The notes under the pieces: generated by a model
What the model saw: only the letters and a program-made list of their open reading frames with translations
The model's database searches: none
What the model was told of the DNA's origin: nothing
Made by a program: the position numbers and the translations under genes
From: the human T2T-CHM13v2.0 reference genome, Homo sapiens
Assembly (NCBI RefSeq): GCF_009914755.1
Contig: NC_060926.1
DNA length: 64,000 nt
Direction: 5' to 3' (one strand)
Part shown: in pieces, positions 33,328-48,558 of the stretch
Numbering within the stretch: the stretch's first letter is position 1
Layout: each line of letters starts with the position of its first letter

Positions 33328-35829
33328 GAAAGGGCTGAACGTAGCACGTTCTAATGTTTAGGCTGCTTGGTTGGGACTGTGATCTGTGAGCACCTCTCTT
33401 GCTCTGCTGGCTTTGCTGTTGTTGATGGCATTACAGTTGAGTGGCCAGAACATGGGGACTGGCAGTCAGGAATCCTCGGCTTTGGCCTCACCTCAGGCAC
33501 TAGCTGGACTTTGGTTAAGTGGCCTCATCTTTCTGAGAGATTAGGAATTTGGCTCCAGCACCTCCTTCATAGACCATATTCTTTCAACAGACCCTGATCA
33601 CTGCAGTGGTTTTGCTCAGGAAGCAGGGGGTTCAGGAGGGGGGAAGCAGTGGCTGTAGTGCTATAGGAATCCCCAAATAATCTCTCAGCAGAGTTACTAG
33701 GCTTAGGAACTTTCTTCTTTAGTTTCGCCACGTCAAAAGGTGTGTAGATCCTGGGGGAGTCCATTTTTGCATTCCTAGGGGAGTCAGAAACTCAGAGACC
33801 ACAGAGGGTGGGATGGGTAGGGTGAGGGGGTGGGGGTGAGCAGTGACTTGGAGAATGATCTCAGGATATTGGACAAAGCTGTGACGTCACTAGAATTCAA
33901 TTAGGTGACGTTTAAACATCTATAAGAGGTGTGTGGTCCTATGAGATAAGAAACACATGAAAAGGATGCAGGATTCTGTAGAGATAGATGGACAAATATG
34001 TAGTTATAAGCCTTAATGGTCACATAAATACACAATCAGGTATAGAACCTGGATAGGGAGTTATGGACTACACTCTGGCTTGACCTTTAGTAACTGATCA
34101 CTTGTAATCAAGGGACTAGTCTACTCAGCCACCTCCATCTTTAAGTTAGAAAGTTAAAAACTGGAAATAGGGCTCTACAGGTCCATAGAGTCAGCAGCTA
34201 AGATGCAGTCGGCATCCCACCCAGAATCTCTGGTTGATTAGCAACCTCAGGTGGCTGAGAAGGGAATACCTCTCTTGTGGATAGACATTTTACTAGCCCT
34301 GGGAAAATTTATTTTCATCTCGTTTAATTTTTTTAGCCCTGGGAAAATTTAAAATTAAGCACACAAATGTTTAGGGGAATCAAAACTATAGTTTTCATGT
34401 TTTCAAGTTAAAGAATTTGTGCATATATAATATTTGTGTAGGCATAATTTTAGAGAATTCGGCCTACTGGAATATTAGACCACCTTCAATATTTCATTTT
34501 AATGTATGTACTTGAATAATTGATTGAAATTTGTGATAAGTTGAAATATTTCCAAGTTTACATATAGTTTGGACATTGAAGAGAATTTAAGGTTCACTCT
34601 GTCTTGTATGCTGAATTTATTAAATCTGTAAGAATTACTTTTGTACTTGGGAAGTTTTATCAGTCAGATGAAATACTTAAAAAGGAATTGAATTTATTAA
34701 ATTTATTAAGTGCCATTTAAAATGTTAAAGACTTTTAATTAACTAAGTGTGTAAATGGGGCTAAGCATTAATCAAAACCCTCTCAAAGTGATTGTTAATA
34801 TTTGCTAGACTTATAAATAGGACAATAAGATTCCTAAGGTGATTTTAAAAGCGTTAAGGAAGAGCTATAAATTTCTAAATCTATAAATTTAATAAATTGA
34901 ATACTGATTTTCAAAACCCCAGTAAATCTCAGAGTGGTCTTTTCAGTGCGCAAAAGCCACCCTCAAGGACATAAGACATAAAATATTTTCCTAACCAGTG
35001 AGTCTTCAGCAGTGCAGGGGGAGAGAACGGAAGTGGGAAAGGGAGAAAGGAAAGTAAGATTTTAGTGTCATTGGATTGTCTTGTTCCCAAGGTCAGGCTA
35101 GATGGTATATTCTGCACCATGCCAAATTGCTCATCTCACAGGAGACTGTAATTAAACACACGCTTACTGTGCGGGGGATCAGAATTGCTGAGGAGGGTAT
35201 TTGGCAACTAAGAAAGCAGGTTAAATCGTGATGGCTTTGGGGTCTTAGCAGTCCCTCTCAGTAAGCCCTTCTAAGTTACATTCTACTGTTCTGTTTGCTG
35301 TTAATTATTCCTCAGATAATTTCCCCTGAGCAAGAATAAGGACATTCTGTGGTAGAGGCTGAGGTTTTTGTTTCCCAGGGGGTTTGCTGCTGAGAGCCAG
35401 TGGGAATGTGTATCAGTCAAAATTCTTATTTGCACCAAACAGAAGCCAGCTCCAGCTAATTTAAGCAGAAACAGGGCTGTTGAAAAGCCATTCACAGACA
35501 CTGGGAAGGTAGGAGACTCCAACTCAGAACCATGGTCACAGACATGCCACAGAAAACATCCGGTGGCAATGTGGCTGTTGCTGTGGAACGTGAGATGCCA
35601 CAGTTGAGCCCCTGGTGGGGGATATCACCCCTGGAACGGCCACCAGGAGGATTCTGCACTGCCCCTCTTCTCTGCATCCATCACTAATACCTGCATCCAT
35701 CACAAGGTCTCAGGTGGATGTTCCTGACTGGCTTATGTCATGTGCCTGTGTCGAAGTTGCTAGAAGGCTGGGAAAGAGGCTTTTGGCATTTCAGCTTCTG
35801 TGGTGGGAGGCAGCTCTGGCTCTGACACT

Positions 35830-35932
35830 CAGTAGTGATGTGTTGGAGCTAGCTTACAAGAGCTGCTTGTAAAAATTTCAGGGACTTGTGAACTGGTTGT
35901 TAAACATAGTCATTATTAAAAAGTAAATTATA
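35830..35932 (+). mobile_element. MER63-like hAT DNA transposon, left part
   Basis: AGTGATGTGTTGGAGC...GGTTGTTAAACATAGTCATTATTAAAAA; continues after the L1 at about 41925. Confidence 0.6.
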
Positions 35933-36428
35933 GTAGATATACTGTTTCTATTCCTCTTGCAAAGTATAAAAGAAATATAAGTCTCTGAATGGAGGCAAGA
36001 AGAAGGCAGACCAGCTAGGGACCTTGGGACCCAAGGAATAATACATTACTGAGTTCCTTGTATTTTCTTTTTGTGTCATATATCCCAGACTTGGAGCTGA
36101 AGAAGCTGGCAATGCAGAAATGCCAATAGGTGTAGGCAAAAAAGCCCCAACCAAAGTCTGCTCTCTCTAGTCAAAGGGGTAGGAAAGAAGAAACAGAGCA
36201 AGACAGAAAACTTTCAGACAGTAACAGCCAAATGCAGCAGAAAAATCTGTGATCTCCCCATCCCAACTCAGGCTAACAAAGGCTAAATTGGCAGCTTATA
36301 CTTCCAACCTTGAGAAACTGTCAAGGCACCTCAGTACTCACGATGAAGTGATGTCATAGGAGACCAAGTAGAGCCTGGACTTCCAGCCCCATCTAGCAGT
36401 AATAAGGCACTCTTCCTCCTTCCCACTG

Positions 36429-36918
36429 TGTTGGGAGCAAGCCCCCCAAAATCTGGCCATAAACTGGTCCCAAAACTGGCCATAAATAAAATCTCTGCAG
36501 CACTGTAGCATGTCCATAATGGCCCTAATGCCCAAGCTGGAAGGTTCTGGGTTTACGTGAATGAGGGCAAGGAATACCTGGCCCGCCTAGGGCGGAAAAC
36601 CGCTTAAAGGCATTCCTAAGCCACAAACAAAAGCATGAGCCATCTGTGTCTTAAGGTGTGTTCCTGCTGAAATTAATTCGGCCCATCCCTTCATTTCCCA
36701 TAAGGGATACTTTTAGTTAATTTAATATCTATAGAAACCATGCTAATGACTGGTTTACTGTTAAGAAATATGTGGGTAAATCTCTGTTCGGGGCTCTCAG
36801 CTCTGAAGGCTGTGAGACCCCTGATTTCCCACTTCACACCTCTATATTTCTGTGTGTGTTTCTTTAATTCCTCTAGCGCCGCTAGGTTAGGGTCTCCCTG
36901 ACCCAGCTGGTCTCGGCA
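36429..36918 (+). mobile_element. MER9 (HERV-K HML-3) solo LTR
   Basis: TGTTGGGAGCAAGCCCCCCAAAATCTGGCCATAAAC...GGTCTCGGCA; perfect 6-bp TSD CCACTG. Confidence 0.85.
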
Positions 36919-37638
36919 CCACTGGATGGTGTCAGAGGATGCCTAGTGGGGAGTCAGAACCTTTGTAATCATTCAGCAGTAAGAGACAGAGAGGGATACT
37001 ATGTAATGATAAAATAGTCAATTCACCAAGAAGACATAGCAATCCTAAATGTACATGTACCAAACAACAGAGCTGCAAAATAGGAGAAGCAAAACCCAAT
37101 TGAACTGAAAAGAGAAACAGACAAATCACAGTTGTAACTGGAGACTTCAACACCCCTCTCTCAACAATTGCTAGAACAATTGATAGCTAAAGTCAGCAAG
37201 GATATAGAAGAACTCAACATCAACTGAGAGGATTTAATTGACATTTATAGAACACTAAGACTAAACCATCAGAATACAAATTCTTTTTGCATGTTCATGG
37301 AACATATACCAAGATAGACCCTATTCTGGGCTATAAAACACATTGCAACAAACTTAAGAGAATTAAAATAATATAGAGTTTTCTGACCACAATGGAATTA
37401 AACTAGAATAACAGAAAAATAATAGGAAAATCTCCAAACACTTGGAAACTAAACCAACATATTTTAAGTAATTAATGAGTCAAAAGGGAAGACTCAAGGA
37501 AAATTTAAAAAATTATTGAACTAAATGAAAACTAAAATATAGCACATCAAAATTTGTGGGACACAGCCAAAGCAATGCTGAGAGGGAAATATATAGCATT
37601 AAATGTGTACATTAGAAAAGAGGAGAAGTTTCAAACTA

Positions 37639-38141
<503 letters not shown>

Positions 38142-38301
38142 GAAATGGGATATCACTGAAGACCTTGCAGACATCAAAGACTGATAAGTGAATACTATGA
38201 ATAAGTTTGCACACATAAATTTAGCGACCTAGATGAAATAGACCATTTCTCAAAAAACCACAAATGACCACAACTCACTCTATATAAAAGAGCTAATTTG
38301 A

Positions 38302-38468
38302 AGCTGGGCACCATGGCTTGTGCCTGTAATCCCTGCTGCTCAGGAGGCTGAGATGGGAGGATCACTGCAGTCTAGGAAGTCTAGGAGTTTAAGGCTGCAG
38401 TGAGCTGTGATCAAGCCACTGCACTCTAGTCTGAGTGACAGAGTGAGACCCTGTCTCTTAAAAAAAAG
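38302..38468 (+). mobile_element. Alu monomer (FAM/FRAM-like), in L1
   Basis: Single arm ending CCCTGTCTCTTAAAAAAAA. Confidence 0.7.
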
Positions 38469-39518
38469 AGACAATAGCCCTGTAATGAATAGCCTCTAAT
38501 GAATAGCCCTGTAATGATTAACAAAGCTAATTTCTTAAATTAAAACTCCTCCTCACCTACCCCACCTCCAAATTTCCAGGCCAAGATGGTTTGACTGAAG
38601 AATGTTACTAAATATTTAAATAAGAATTGCTACCAATTTTACACAACCTCTTCCAGAAATAGAAGAGGAGGTAATACTTCCTAATGAACTTTATGAAGCT
38701 AGTATTCCTCTGATATCAAGACCAGACAAAAATAATCCCCAAAAAAGAAATCTAAAGACTAGCATCTCTCCTGAATATAGATGCAAGAAATCTTTAACAA
38801 AATATTAGCAAATATAATTCATCAATATAGAAAAAAATTATATATCATGATCATGTGGAATTTATTAGAGATGAAAAGCTGTTTCAGTATTTAAAAATCA
38901 ATTATGGTAATCCACCATGTTAACAAGTTAAAAAAATCACATGATCCTATCAATTGACACAGAAAATGCATCTGACAAAATTCAACATCCATTTATGTTA
39001 ATAACTCTTAGGAAAATAGAAGTGGAGGGGGGCTTCCTCAACTTGACAAAGGGTGTCTACACAAAATCTACAGCTAATATTGTACTTAATGGTGAGAGAG
39101 TGAATGCACTTCCCCTAAGATTGGGAACAAGGTAAGGATATCCTCTCTTACCACTCTTATTCAATCCAGTGCTGGAAGTTCTAGCTAGTGCAACACGCAA
39201 GAAAAAGAAACAAAAGACATACAGGTCAGAAAAAAAATTGTCCCTGTTTGCAGATAACATAACTGTCTACATAGAAAATCCTAAGACATCTATAAAAATG
39301 AAAACAAAACAAAAAAACTTTTGGAACAAGTGATTTAGTTCAACAAGAATCATAGGATACAAGATAAATATACAAAAATCCATTGCATTTCTATATATTA
39401 GCAGTAAACACATGTATACCAAAATTAACAGTACAATACCATATGCAGCCCACTCAAAAATGAAATACTTTTTTATAAATCTAATAAAAATTTACAGAAT
39501 CTACATGCTGAAAACTTC

Positions 39519-39923
39519 TGTATTAGTCTATTTTGTGTTGCTATAAAGAAATACCTGAAACTGGATAATTTATAAAGAAAAGAGGTTTGTTTGGCTCATG
39601 ATGCTGCAGGCTGTGCAACAAGCATGTGCCAGCATCTGCTTCTGGTGAAGCCCTCAGGAACCTTACAATCATAGTGGAAGGGAAGGGAGGAGCAGGCGTG
39701 TCATAAGGTGATAGAGAAAGCAAGGGGGTGGGGAGGTGCCACACTGTTTAAAAACCAGATCTTGTGGTAACTAATAAAGTGAGAACTCACTCATTACCAT
39801 GAGGATGGCACCAACCCATTCTTGAGGTATCCACCCCCAGGACCCAAACACCTCCCACTAATCCCCACCTCTAACGTTGAGGTGACATGAGATTTGAAGA
39901 GGACAAATATCCAAACTATATTA
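39519..39923 (-). mobile_element. MST-type MaLR solo LTR, in L1
   Basis: TGTATTAGTC...CCAAACTATATTA. Confidence 0.82.
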
Positions 39924-40640
39924 ACTACTCAAGGTTGATGAAAGAAATCAATGAAGATCTAAATAAATGGAGAGACATACTACGTTCCTGGATTGGAAGA
40001 TTCAGCATTGTAAAGTTGTCAATTTGTCCTAAACTAATATATATAGGTTTAATGCAATTTTTATTGAAATCTAAGCAAAGCTTTTTTGTAGATATAGACA
40101 AAATTATTTTAGAATTTATATGGAAAGGCATAGAAACCAGAATAGCTAAAATAATTTTGTAAAAGGAGAATAAAGTGGGATGAATCAGTTTACCTGATTT
40201 TAAGACTTATTATATAGTTACAGTAATCAAGACTGTGTGGTATTGGTGGAGGGATAGTTGCAAAGACTGATAGAACAGAATTTAAAAACCTAGAAATAGA
40301 CCAACATAAATATACCCAACCAATTTTTGACAAAAGGTGCAAAAGTAATTCATTGAAGAAAAAATACCCTTTTCAACAAATGGTGATGGAGCAAAAGGAC
40401 ATCCATTGGCAAACACAAACAAACAAAACTCTGATATAAATCTCATACCTTATGCAATAATTAACTCAAAATAGATCATAGAATTAAATGTAAAACTTGA
40501 AACTATAAACATTTTTAGAAGAAAACAGGAGAACATCTTTGGGTTTAGGGTTAGGCAAAGAGTTCTTTGACTTGACAACAAAAGCATAAAAGGAAAGAAA
40601 AAATTGATTAAATAGACTTCACTAAAATTTTAAAATTTTA

Positions 40641-41243
<603 letters not shown>

Positions 41244-41924
41244 TCACCATACACCTATCAGGATGTGAGAGAGAGAAAGAGAGAGAGACAGAGAGAGACA
41301 GAGAAACATGAAAAATAGTGATATCATCAAATGCTGGCCAGGATGTGGAGAAACTGGATTACTCATACATTACCAGTGGAAAGGTAAAATGGGACAACCA
41401 CTCTGGAAAACAGTTTGGCAGTTTCTTAAAAACCTAAACATACAACTACCATATGACTCAGCAATTGCACTCTTGGGCATTTATCACAAAGAAAGGAAGA
41501 CTTATATTCACACAATAAACTAAACAAATGTTTATAGCAGTTTTATTTGCAATAGCCAAAAACTGAGACAATGCAGATGTCCTTTAATGGGTGAATGGTG
41601 AATGGTGCAGTGATAAAGAATAAGCTTTTGACGCACACAACACAGTAAACTGTGTATCTCCAGAGAATAGCACTGAGTTGAAAAAGCCATTCTCAAAAGG
41701 CTACACAATGTATGATTCCATTTATACAATATTCTTACAGTGACAGTGTTGCAGAAATAGAGAACGGGTTAGTGGTTTCCAGAGGTTAGGGAGGGGACAG
41801 CTACAAAAAGGCAACTTGGGGGACCATTATTGTGATTGAAATGTTCTCTAATTTTGCCCCGTCCATGTCAATATTTTGGTTGTGACACTAATCTTAAAAT
41901 AAAATGTATAATTAAAAAATAAAT

Positions 41925-42252
41925 ACATTATATTCAAACACAGGTAAATACATTATATTAAAAATAAAGGTACTAAACACTCAAAATTCATGACTTCCCA
42001 ATTATTTTGTTACTTTTACTATTGTCTATATTCTGGAAGTTATTTATGTCTGTTATATCTGTATGGTGGAAATATTCTATAGTGATGTGCTATGGCACAT
42101 TTCTTCCCAATTCTGCATTCAGTGATGTCACACTAATAGTTTGAAATTGGCCATTGTGGGAGTATTTACACCAGAGAAATCAGCAGACACTACAAATTAG
42201 GTCCTCCCCTCCTTTTTTTCGTAGATGGTTGTTAAACTTTTACCGGGACTGC
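41925..42252 (+). mobile_element. MER63-like DNA transposon, right part
   Basis: AAAGGTACTAAACACTCAAAATTCATGACTTCC...GTGGGAGTATTTACACC...GGTTGTTAAAC. Confidence 0.6.
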
Positions 42253-44659
42253 TTTTAAGTTAGGGAATTTCTCATGCATAGGAAGTGGGTTTAGATGCTG
42301 GATGACTCCACCTCCCAAATAGCAAATGTCAATCAAAAAATGGATAATGTCTCAGATCAGTTATAGAGGAGGAAGAAGCTGGCTCTTCCTAAGGCTATTT
42401 CCTCTCTACCTCATTGCTTCCCTCATTTTATAAAAGGCTGTTGTGGACTGTGGTTGAAGCAGATGCTGGAGGAATGGAATCCTGGCTGTTTATAATCTCA
42501 TTTCTTTAATATCCAGCATAGAGATGGCAGGATGGTAAAACTACAAAAAAATGGAGTTTTATGAATGCTCAGATCTCTTTTACACTTTTCCCTAGGCACT
42601 GCTGTTTCTAATCTTTCTCCATCAAAGTCAAATCCTTTTGTTAGCATTTTGATCTAGGGACCATGTAGCTAGTTATCAGCTTTGCTCTTCTGCAAGCTTT
42701 TCCATTCCTTGTGTGTCTAATTGGCCATAAATGAGATGGAAGCGGGAAGAGATGGGCCTGTGGATCTGATGAACCATCCTAGTCTATATTACAGCTATGG
42801 TGAAAGGTCCAAAGGCCAGGTCTGTATAGACAAGGGGCCACATGGTCATTGGTTTTAAGGAGTTCTCTTCACCCACTAGAGTTACGAAACTGGCACTGGC
42901 AGCATCCGTGGTCCTTGCCTCACAGAGAGGGGGGACCTCTCTGTAGCCACAGTGTGGCCAACACAGAACCGGGCAGAGATAAGAGACAGACAGACAGACA
43001 GAATCTTTTTTGGGCTGAGTCCCTGGGAACCTTTAAGTTCCTGGTCCCTGCAGCTTGTCCTCCCTAGCTAAATTCCATTTTCGGTTTAGGCAAATTCTAG
43101 TTGAGTTGTTTGGCACAAGCAGCTGAAAAAATTCCAGATAAACACATTCCCTACAGAGCACCCCTCATCCATATAGCCTCTCTTTCCTCCTCTGGCTCCA
43201 CTCTGGAAACTATAAATGTGATCTAAAACTTCCAGTCGCAACCTAAAACCATGGGACACCTTTCCACCTAGAGATTTGGTTAACTTTGAAAGATAGGCTT
43301 CAGAGGTCCCCTGAGAAGCTGCCTTTCTCCTCTGTGCTGCATCCAGCCACAGAGTTGAGTCAGAGGCAGGGAAACAGCATGATTCTGCTGTTTTACAGCC
43401 TGAAAGAAACATCTGGACGGGAATGCACTTTTTTCTTTTTCAGAATACAAGAAACCTCCAAAAATCAAGCCGAATGTTTTTGAGAAACATTTTGTGGTGG
43501 TAAACGGATTGGGTGCAAAGACACCTCCGTCTTTGATTCCCATAGTCCCTGATTTATTTTGGCATGGGAGTGTCTGTAGTGCTACCATTCAGCCACATGT
43601 TAATTTTTTGTCTACGCAAGGTTGTAAACTGCATATGGTTTATTTCAATTAGCTTAATTGTTTTTGGTATTTAATAGCTAATTGTCTTAATTAGCTTCCA
43701 AAGCACAACAATGCTAAGAACGGTAATGACTACATCTTATCCATATGGTTACAGAAGACAGATGACTCAATTTCCCATCCTCAGGCTGTGTGAGTCTCAG
43801 GAGGACAGGGCAGATGTGCAAGGAAGAAGATGGATGTCCTCAAGAGAGCTGGCCCGGCCTTGAATGCAAAAACCTGAATATTAAGAATAAATGAGGAGGT
43901 GATGGACAGGGAAATAAAGCAGGAGAATGAAGGATTTATGGAGGACTCAAGTCATCTATTTCCTTAATGTAGATACCATGCAGTGATGCTGGGTGAATAA
44001 TAATAAGAATAACAACAAATTTCACAGTGCCAGCAGGCTATATTGGCTCTGATCTGAAGAGGCAATGTTTGAAGACCAAATTGTGGGACATTGAGAGTGA
44101 GAAATGCCCTGTGGTGCAATCAGTCTTAGGAATAGCTGGTACCAGTCAAAGCCTGGGTGACATTTCTCTGGCAAATCTGGATCAGAAGTAGTTCATACCT
44201 AGTGCCTGGCATATATTAGGAGCTTAATATATGCTTTAATCAGCATCTGCCAGGAAATCCTGGGGGCTCAACCTTCAAAATCTATCTCTAACCTGACACT
44301 TAGCATCTCCTTTACTGCTGCATCCTGGTCTGATCCACCACTGTCTTTCACCTGGCTGCCTCTCCCAGCCTCCCAACTGGTCTCTTTCCATCTACCCTCA
44401 GCCCCTCTGTGTTTACTCTCAAAGCATAGCTAAAGGAATCCTTTAAAAGCAGAAATCATATCATATCCCTGCTCTTCTCAGAACCCTCCAATGGCTCCCA
44501 TCTCACTTGGGATAAAAGCCAGAGTCCTTGCAATGACCAATAAAGCCCTTCTCCATCCTGTTGTGCCTTTCTGAGTTCATCTCCCACCATTCCCCAGCCC
44601 CCTCCGCTGTGCCACACTTAATTCCTTCACCTGTTCATGCTTTAGGGCTGTACTGCTTG

Positions 44660-45445
44660 AGTCATTTCCACTAGCCACATGCAGCTACTTAACATCAACT
44701 AAAATTAAAAGTTGAGGCTGGGCGTGGTGGCTCACCTCTGTAATCCCAGGTGAAGGAAAGAGATTTAATTGACTCACAGTTCCGTGTGGCTGGGGAGGCC
44801 TCAGGAAACTTACAATCATGGTGGAAGGTGAAGGAGAAGCAAGCACCTTCTTTACATGGCGTCAGGAAAAAGAGAGTGAGGGGGCACCTGCTAAACACTT
44901 TTAAACCATCAGATCTCGTGAGAACTCACTCAATCACTATCACGAGAACAGCGTGGGGGAAACCACCCCCATGATCCGATCACCTCCCACCAGGTCCCTC
45001 TCTTGACACATGGGGATTACAATTCTAGATGAGATTTAGGTGGGGACACAGAGCCAAACCATATCAGCAAGACCCTGTCTCTACAAAAAATTTAAAAATT
45101 AGCTGAGTGTGGTGGTGTGTGCCTGTGGTCCTAGCTACTGTGAGTCAATTAAACCTCTTTTCCTCATAAAGGTAGGAGGAGAGACTGAGGTGGGAGAATC
45201 ACTTGAGCCCAGTAATTTGAGGCTGCATGAGCCATGATTGTGCCACTGCATTCTAGCATTTCTCAAAAGAAAGGAAGAAGGAAGGAAAGAAAGAAAGAAA
45301 GAAAGAAAGAAAGAAAAAAGTTGAGTCCCTTAGTTGCACTAGCCACGTTTCAAGTGCTCAATTGCCACAGGTGGCCTGTAGCTATTGTATTGCACAGCAC
45401 AGGTAGAAAGCATCATTCCAGAAAGTTCCATTGCACAGTGCTGCC
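44660..45445. mobile_element. MER3-like element split by an AluJ (44716-45318) that contains an MST/THE1 LTR piece (44751-45066, minus)
   Basis: CACTAGCCAC motifs on both sides; Alu TSD AAAAGTTGAG; MaLR text ending GAGCCAAACCATATCA; (GAAA)n tail. Confidence 0.75.
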
Positions 45446-45903
45446 TTAAGGACTTTAAACTGTCTGGAGAGCTCTTTCCAAAGATATCCACTTGGCAAAC
45501 TCCCTCAACTCCTGAATCTTTGCTCATATGTCACTATTTCCATGAGGCCCACACTGACCACTCAATTTAAAATCTCAACCCACAGCCCAGCTCCCCACTG
45601 CAAGCATTCCTGCTCCCTTGCTCTGCTCACTTTTTTTCTATAGCACTTAACACCTTATAGTGTCTTATACAATATAATCATTTATCACACTCCCTGGTTA
45701 CTATCAGGCTCCCCCCATGAAAATGTATTCTCCACTAACTGAGGGTTTTTTGGGTCAATTTTGTCCACTGTTGTATCCCCAGCACCTAGAAGAGTTCCTG
45801 GCACAGAGTGAGCACTCACCAAATATTGTCAGAAGAGTTAGTTAATGGATCAACACATTTATTGGGCACCTGCTATCTTCCAAGCTCTTTGCTAGACACT
45901 GGG

Positions 45904-46620
45904 TATTGCAGAAAATCAGGAGGGCAAGAGAGACCTCAGGGTACACAGGAGGATCTTTTATTAAGTGTCCTCAGACCCAGTGGACTCAACGTCCAAAGAC
46001 TGGACCCTGAACAAAGACAAGGTTTTGCTTATATACCCACTCCTAAGTGGCACGAACACGAATGTACAGAGGCAAGACAAAGGCCATTAATCAAACTAAG
46101 GCAGGCTCATAACTCAGGTTCAGTATACTCCTTACTATGCAGCCCAGATGGTCATTATCTGGTTAGTTCAAAGGAGTTTCACAAAGACTCATCTTGCAAC
46201 CCCCACCATGGTGTCTAGCTGGCTGCAAGCTAGACCTGCTCAGGCATGTCTGGTAACCTTTGCTATACTGCTTAGGTGAAGAAGCAGGAACCTACAATCA
46301 TTAACTATGGGAAAAACAGGAACTCATAAAATTTACAGAGCAAGGAGCAAGGTATAGTCACATAGTAGAGGGGATGGGATTCGAGGGGAAGTTTACTTAC
46401 ACTAAAGGGGAGCTAGGAAAACTTATCTCTTCACATCGTTATGTTGAGGGAGAACTAGGAGAGTCTTCAGAGCACATTCCTTTGAGCTCTGGCCCTTAGA
46501 TAACATTATCAAAACGTTGCCTGTTACTGCCTTTGAAATGAGTCAGCCTAATACAGGCAGCTTGTTTTTTCTCTTTTTTAATTTCTATTTTTCTTTCTTT
46601 CTTTAATTTTTCCCACCTCA
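45904..46620 (-). mobile_element. ERV1-class solo LTR (subfamily unresolved)
   Basis: Minus strand starts TGAGGTGGGAAAAATTAAAG and has AATAAA near its 3' end; flanks TGGG/CGGG look like a 4-bp TSD. Confidence 0.6.
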
Positions 46621-46761
46621 CGGGGATTCACAGAAAAATTATAGAGAAATTGTTCCCACCTTTATGGAGTTTCTATTCTAGGGGGAGAAACAAGTAAACA
46701 AGTACCTCATGCAAATTCTGGAAAGTCCTACGAAAGAAACAAATAAGGAGCAGAAGTAGAG

Positions 46762-46763
<2 letters not shown>

Positions 46764-46800
<37 letters not shown>
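46764..46800 (+). repeat. (GT)18 microsatellite
   Basis: Seen directly. Confidence 0.95.
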
Positions 46801-46801
<1 letters not shown>

Positions 46802-47012
46802 AGTGAGGGTGCTGGGTAGGGAGGCTGTGATGAAGTCAGGCAAGCTTTGTAAGGAAGTACAAGTATTGAAGAGTATTCCAGAGGAAATACTCTCTGTGTG
46901 GAGACTCTGATGCCAGCAGGAATGCATGCATGGGTGAGGGAATGCTGCTCAGAGGTGACTGGTGAATCAGAATCATCATAGATCAGTCACCAAGTGGGGG
47001 CTGCCTTCTGTG

Positions 47013-47166
47013 GCAGTGCTACCTGAACTGTAGTCTTGAACCAGAAGCATTGCATCATCTGGGATCTTGTTAGAAATGCAAATTCATAAGCCAATTCTAG
47101 CCCTGAGAATCTGTGTTTTCCCAAGCCCTCCAGGTAATTCTGATGTGCCCTGTTCTAGAGCACTGT
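47013..47166. mobile_element. MER5A-like DNA transposon
   Basis: CTTGTTAGAAATGCAAATTC...AAGCCCTCCAGGTAATTCTGATG. Confidence 0.7.
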
Positions 47167-47743
47167 ATCCCTCTATAGAATATAGGCACATGGTGAGTAC
47201 CCCATAACCATTGCTTGAAGGAATGAATGAATGAATAAAGGAAAGGACAAATATAAACCCCCTCCCTGCCACTCTCCCCCATGCCTGTTCTCCTTCATGT
47301 TCTCATACTTTGGTGGAAGCTCAGATGATCATTAGCATGAACACAAAGCCATGCTTTCTTTGTTGAGCCAGAGGGCAATCATTAAGTGCAAGAATGAAGA
47401 AGGAAATACCTGAGTGTCACAGGAATTCAGAGATCTAGATTTAGAAAGGAGGATGAAAGGCATTCCTGATGGGGGAAAGCAATGGCTTGAGGCTGGGAGG
47501 AGCATGGCTTGACCTGGGGAGAGAAAGAGGTGCCCAGCCAGAATGGGCAGTTTGTGTGAGAGGAAGTGGGGAGTATGCTGGAAGGTGGAGTAGGTCCTGC
47601 CTGGGACAGGTCTCTACTGCTGGTGTAGGAAATGCACAGTAGGCAAGGGGAGCTGGTCTCTGAATGCTTTTAAGGAAGATATTGTTACCACTTGCAAGCT
47701 ATTGGAGTGACAAAATATACAGTGGGCTTGGCATTGTGTAAAG

Positions 47744-48079
47744 CTGCGGTCCCCAACCTTTTTGGCACCAGCGAACAGTTTTGTGGAAGACAATTTTTCC
47801 ATGGATGGGCGAATGGTTTCTGGATGAAACTGTTCCACCTCAGATAGTCAGGTATTAGTTAGATTCTCATAAGGAGCATGCAACCTAGATCCCTCGCATG
47901 CACAGTTCACAATAGGGTTTACGCTCCTAGGAGAATCTAATGTTGCTGCTGATCTGACAGGAGGTGGAGCTCAGGCGGTAATGCTCGCTGGGCCTGCTGC
48001 TCACCTCCTGCTGTGCAGCCAGGTTCCCAACAGGCCACGGACTGGTGCTAGTCCTCGGCCTGGGGGTTGGGGATCCCTG
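47744..48079. mobile_element. MER1B hAT DNA transposon
   Basis: TIRs GGTCCCCAACC / GGTTGGGGATCCCTG; 8-bp TSD (G/T)TGTAAAG. Confidence 0.85.
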
Positions 48080-48558
48080 TTGTAAAGAATACCTTAGCTG
48101 TGCATTTCATGTTTGATAAAGCAGGAAGGTACTGTCACCCGCTAGTGCTTTCTATGTGTCACACACTGGTCTAAGCATTTTATATGCACAACGCTCATCT
48201 GATCCTCAGAATCCAATGAAACACCTACTCTTTATTACTTGGCCAAGAAGGGGACTGTGGCACAGAGAGGTCAAGTAACTTGCCTAAGATCACCCAGCCA
48301 ATAAGCGGTAGAGCCCATATTGAACCCCAGCAGTCTGGTTGCTCTACACAAGGCTGCCTCGGCTATCCTGAGTCTAAAAGACCTTGGAAGGCAGTTCTCC
48401 ACCTTGCTCCTCACCTGTCCCCTTGGAGGCCTTCATGGCTCTTCCTTCCTGGCTCTTTCTTTCTCTTCTCTGGCTCTGTCCTCTTCATGGGTCCCATCAC
48501 TCCTTCCTTTACCTTATGGTTTCTGTGGTTAGTGTGTCAACCAGTTAGTGTCGGCAGG

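Noticed and set aside
34600-34905. AT-rich stretch with recurring GAATTTATTAAAT and a 15-bp inverted match
   Set aside because: Low complexity makes chance matches likely; I could not define element ends
38473-38517. Three roughly 15-bp tandem copies of AATAGCCCTGTAATG
   Set aside because: Local slippage within a dead L1
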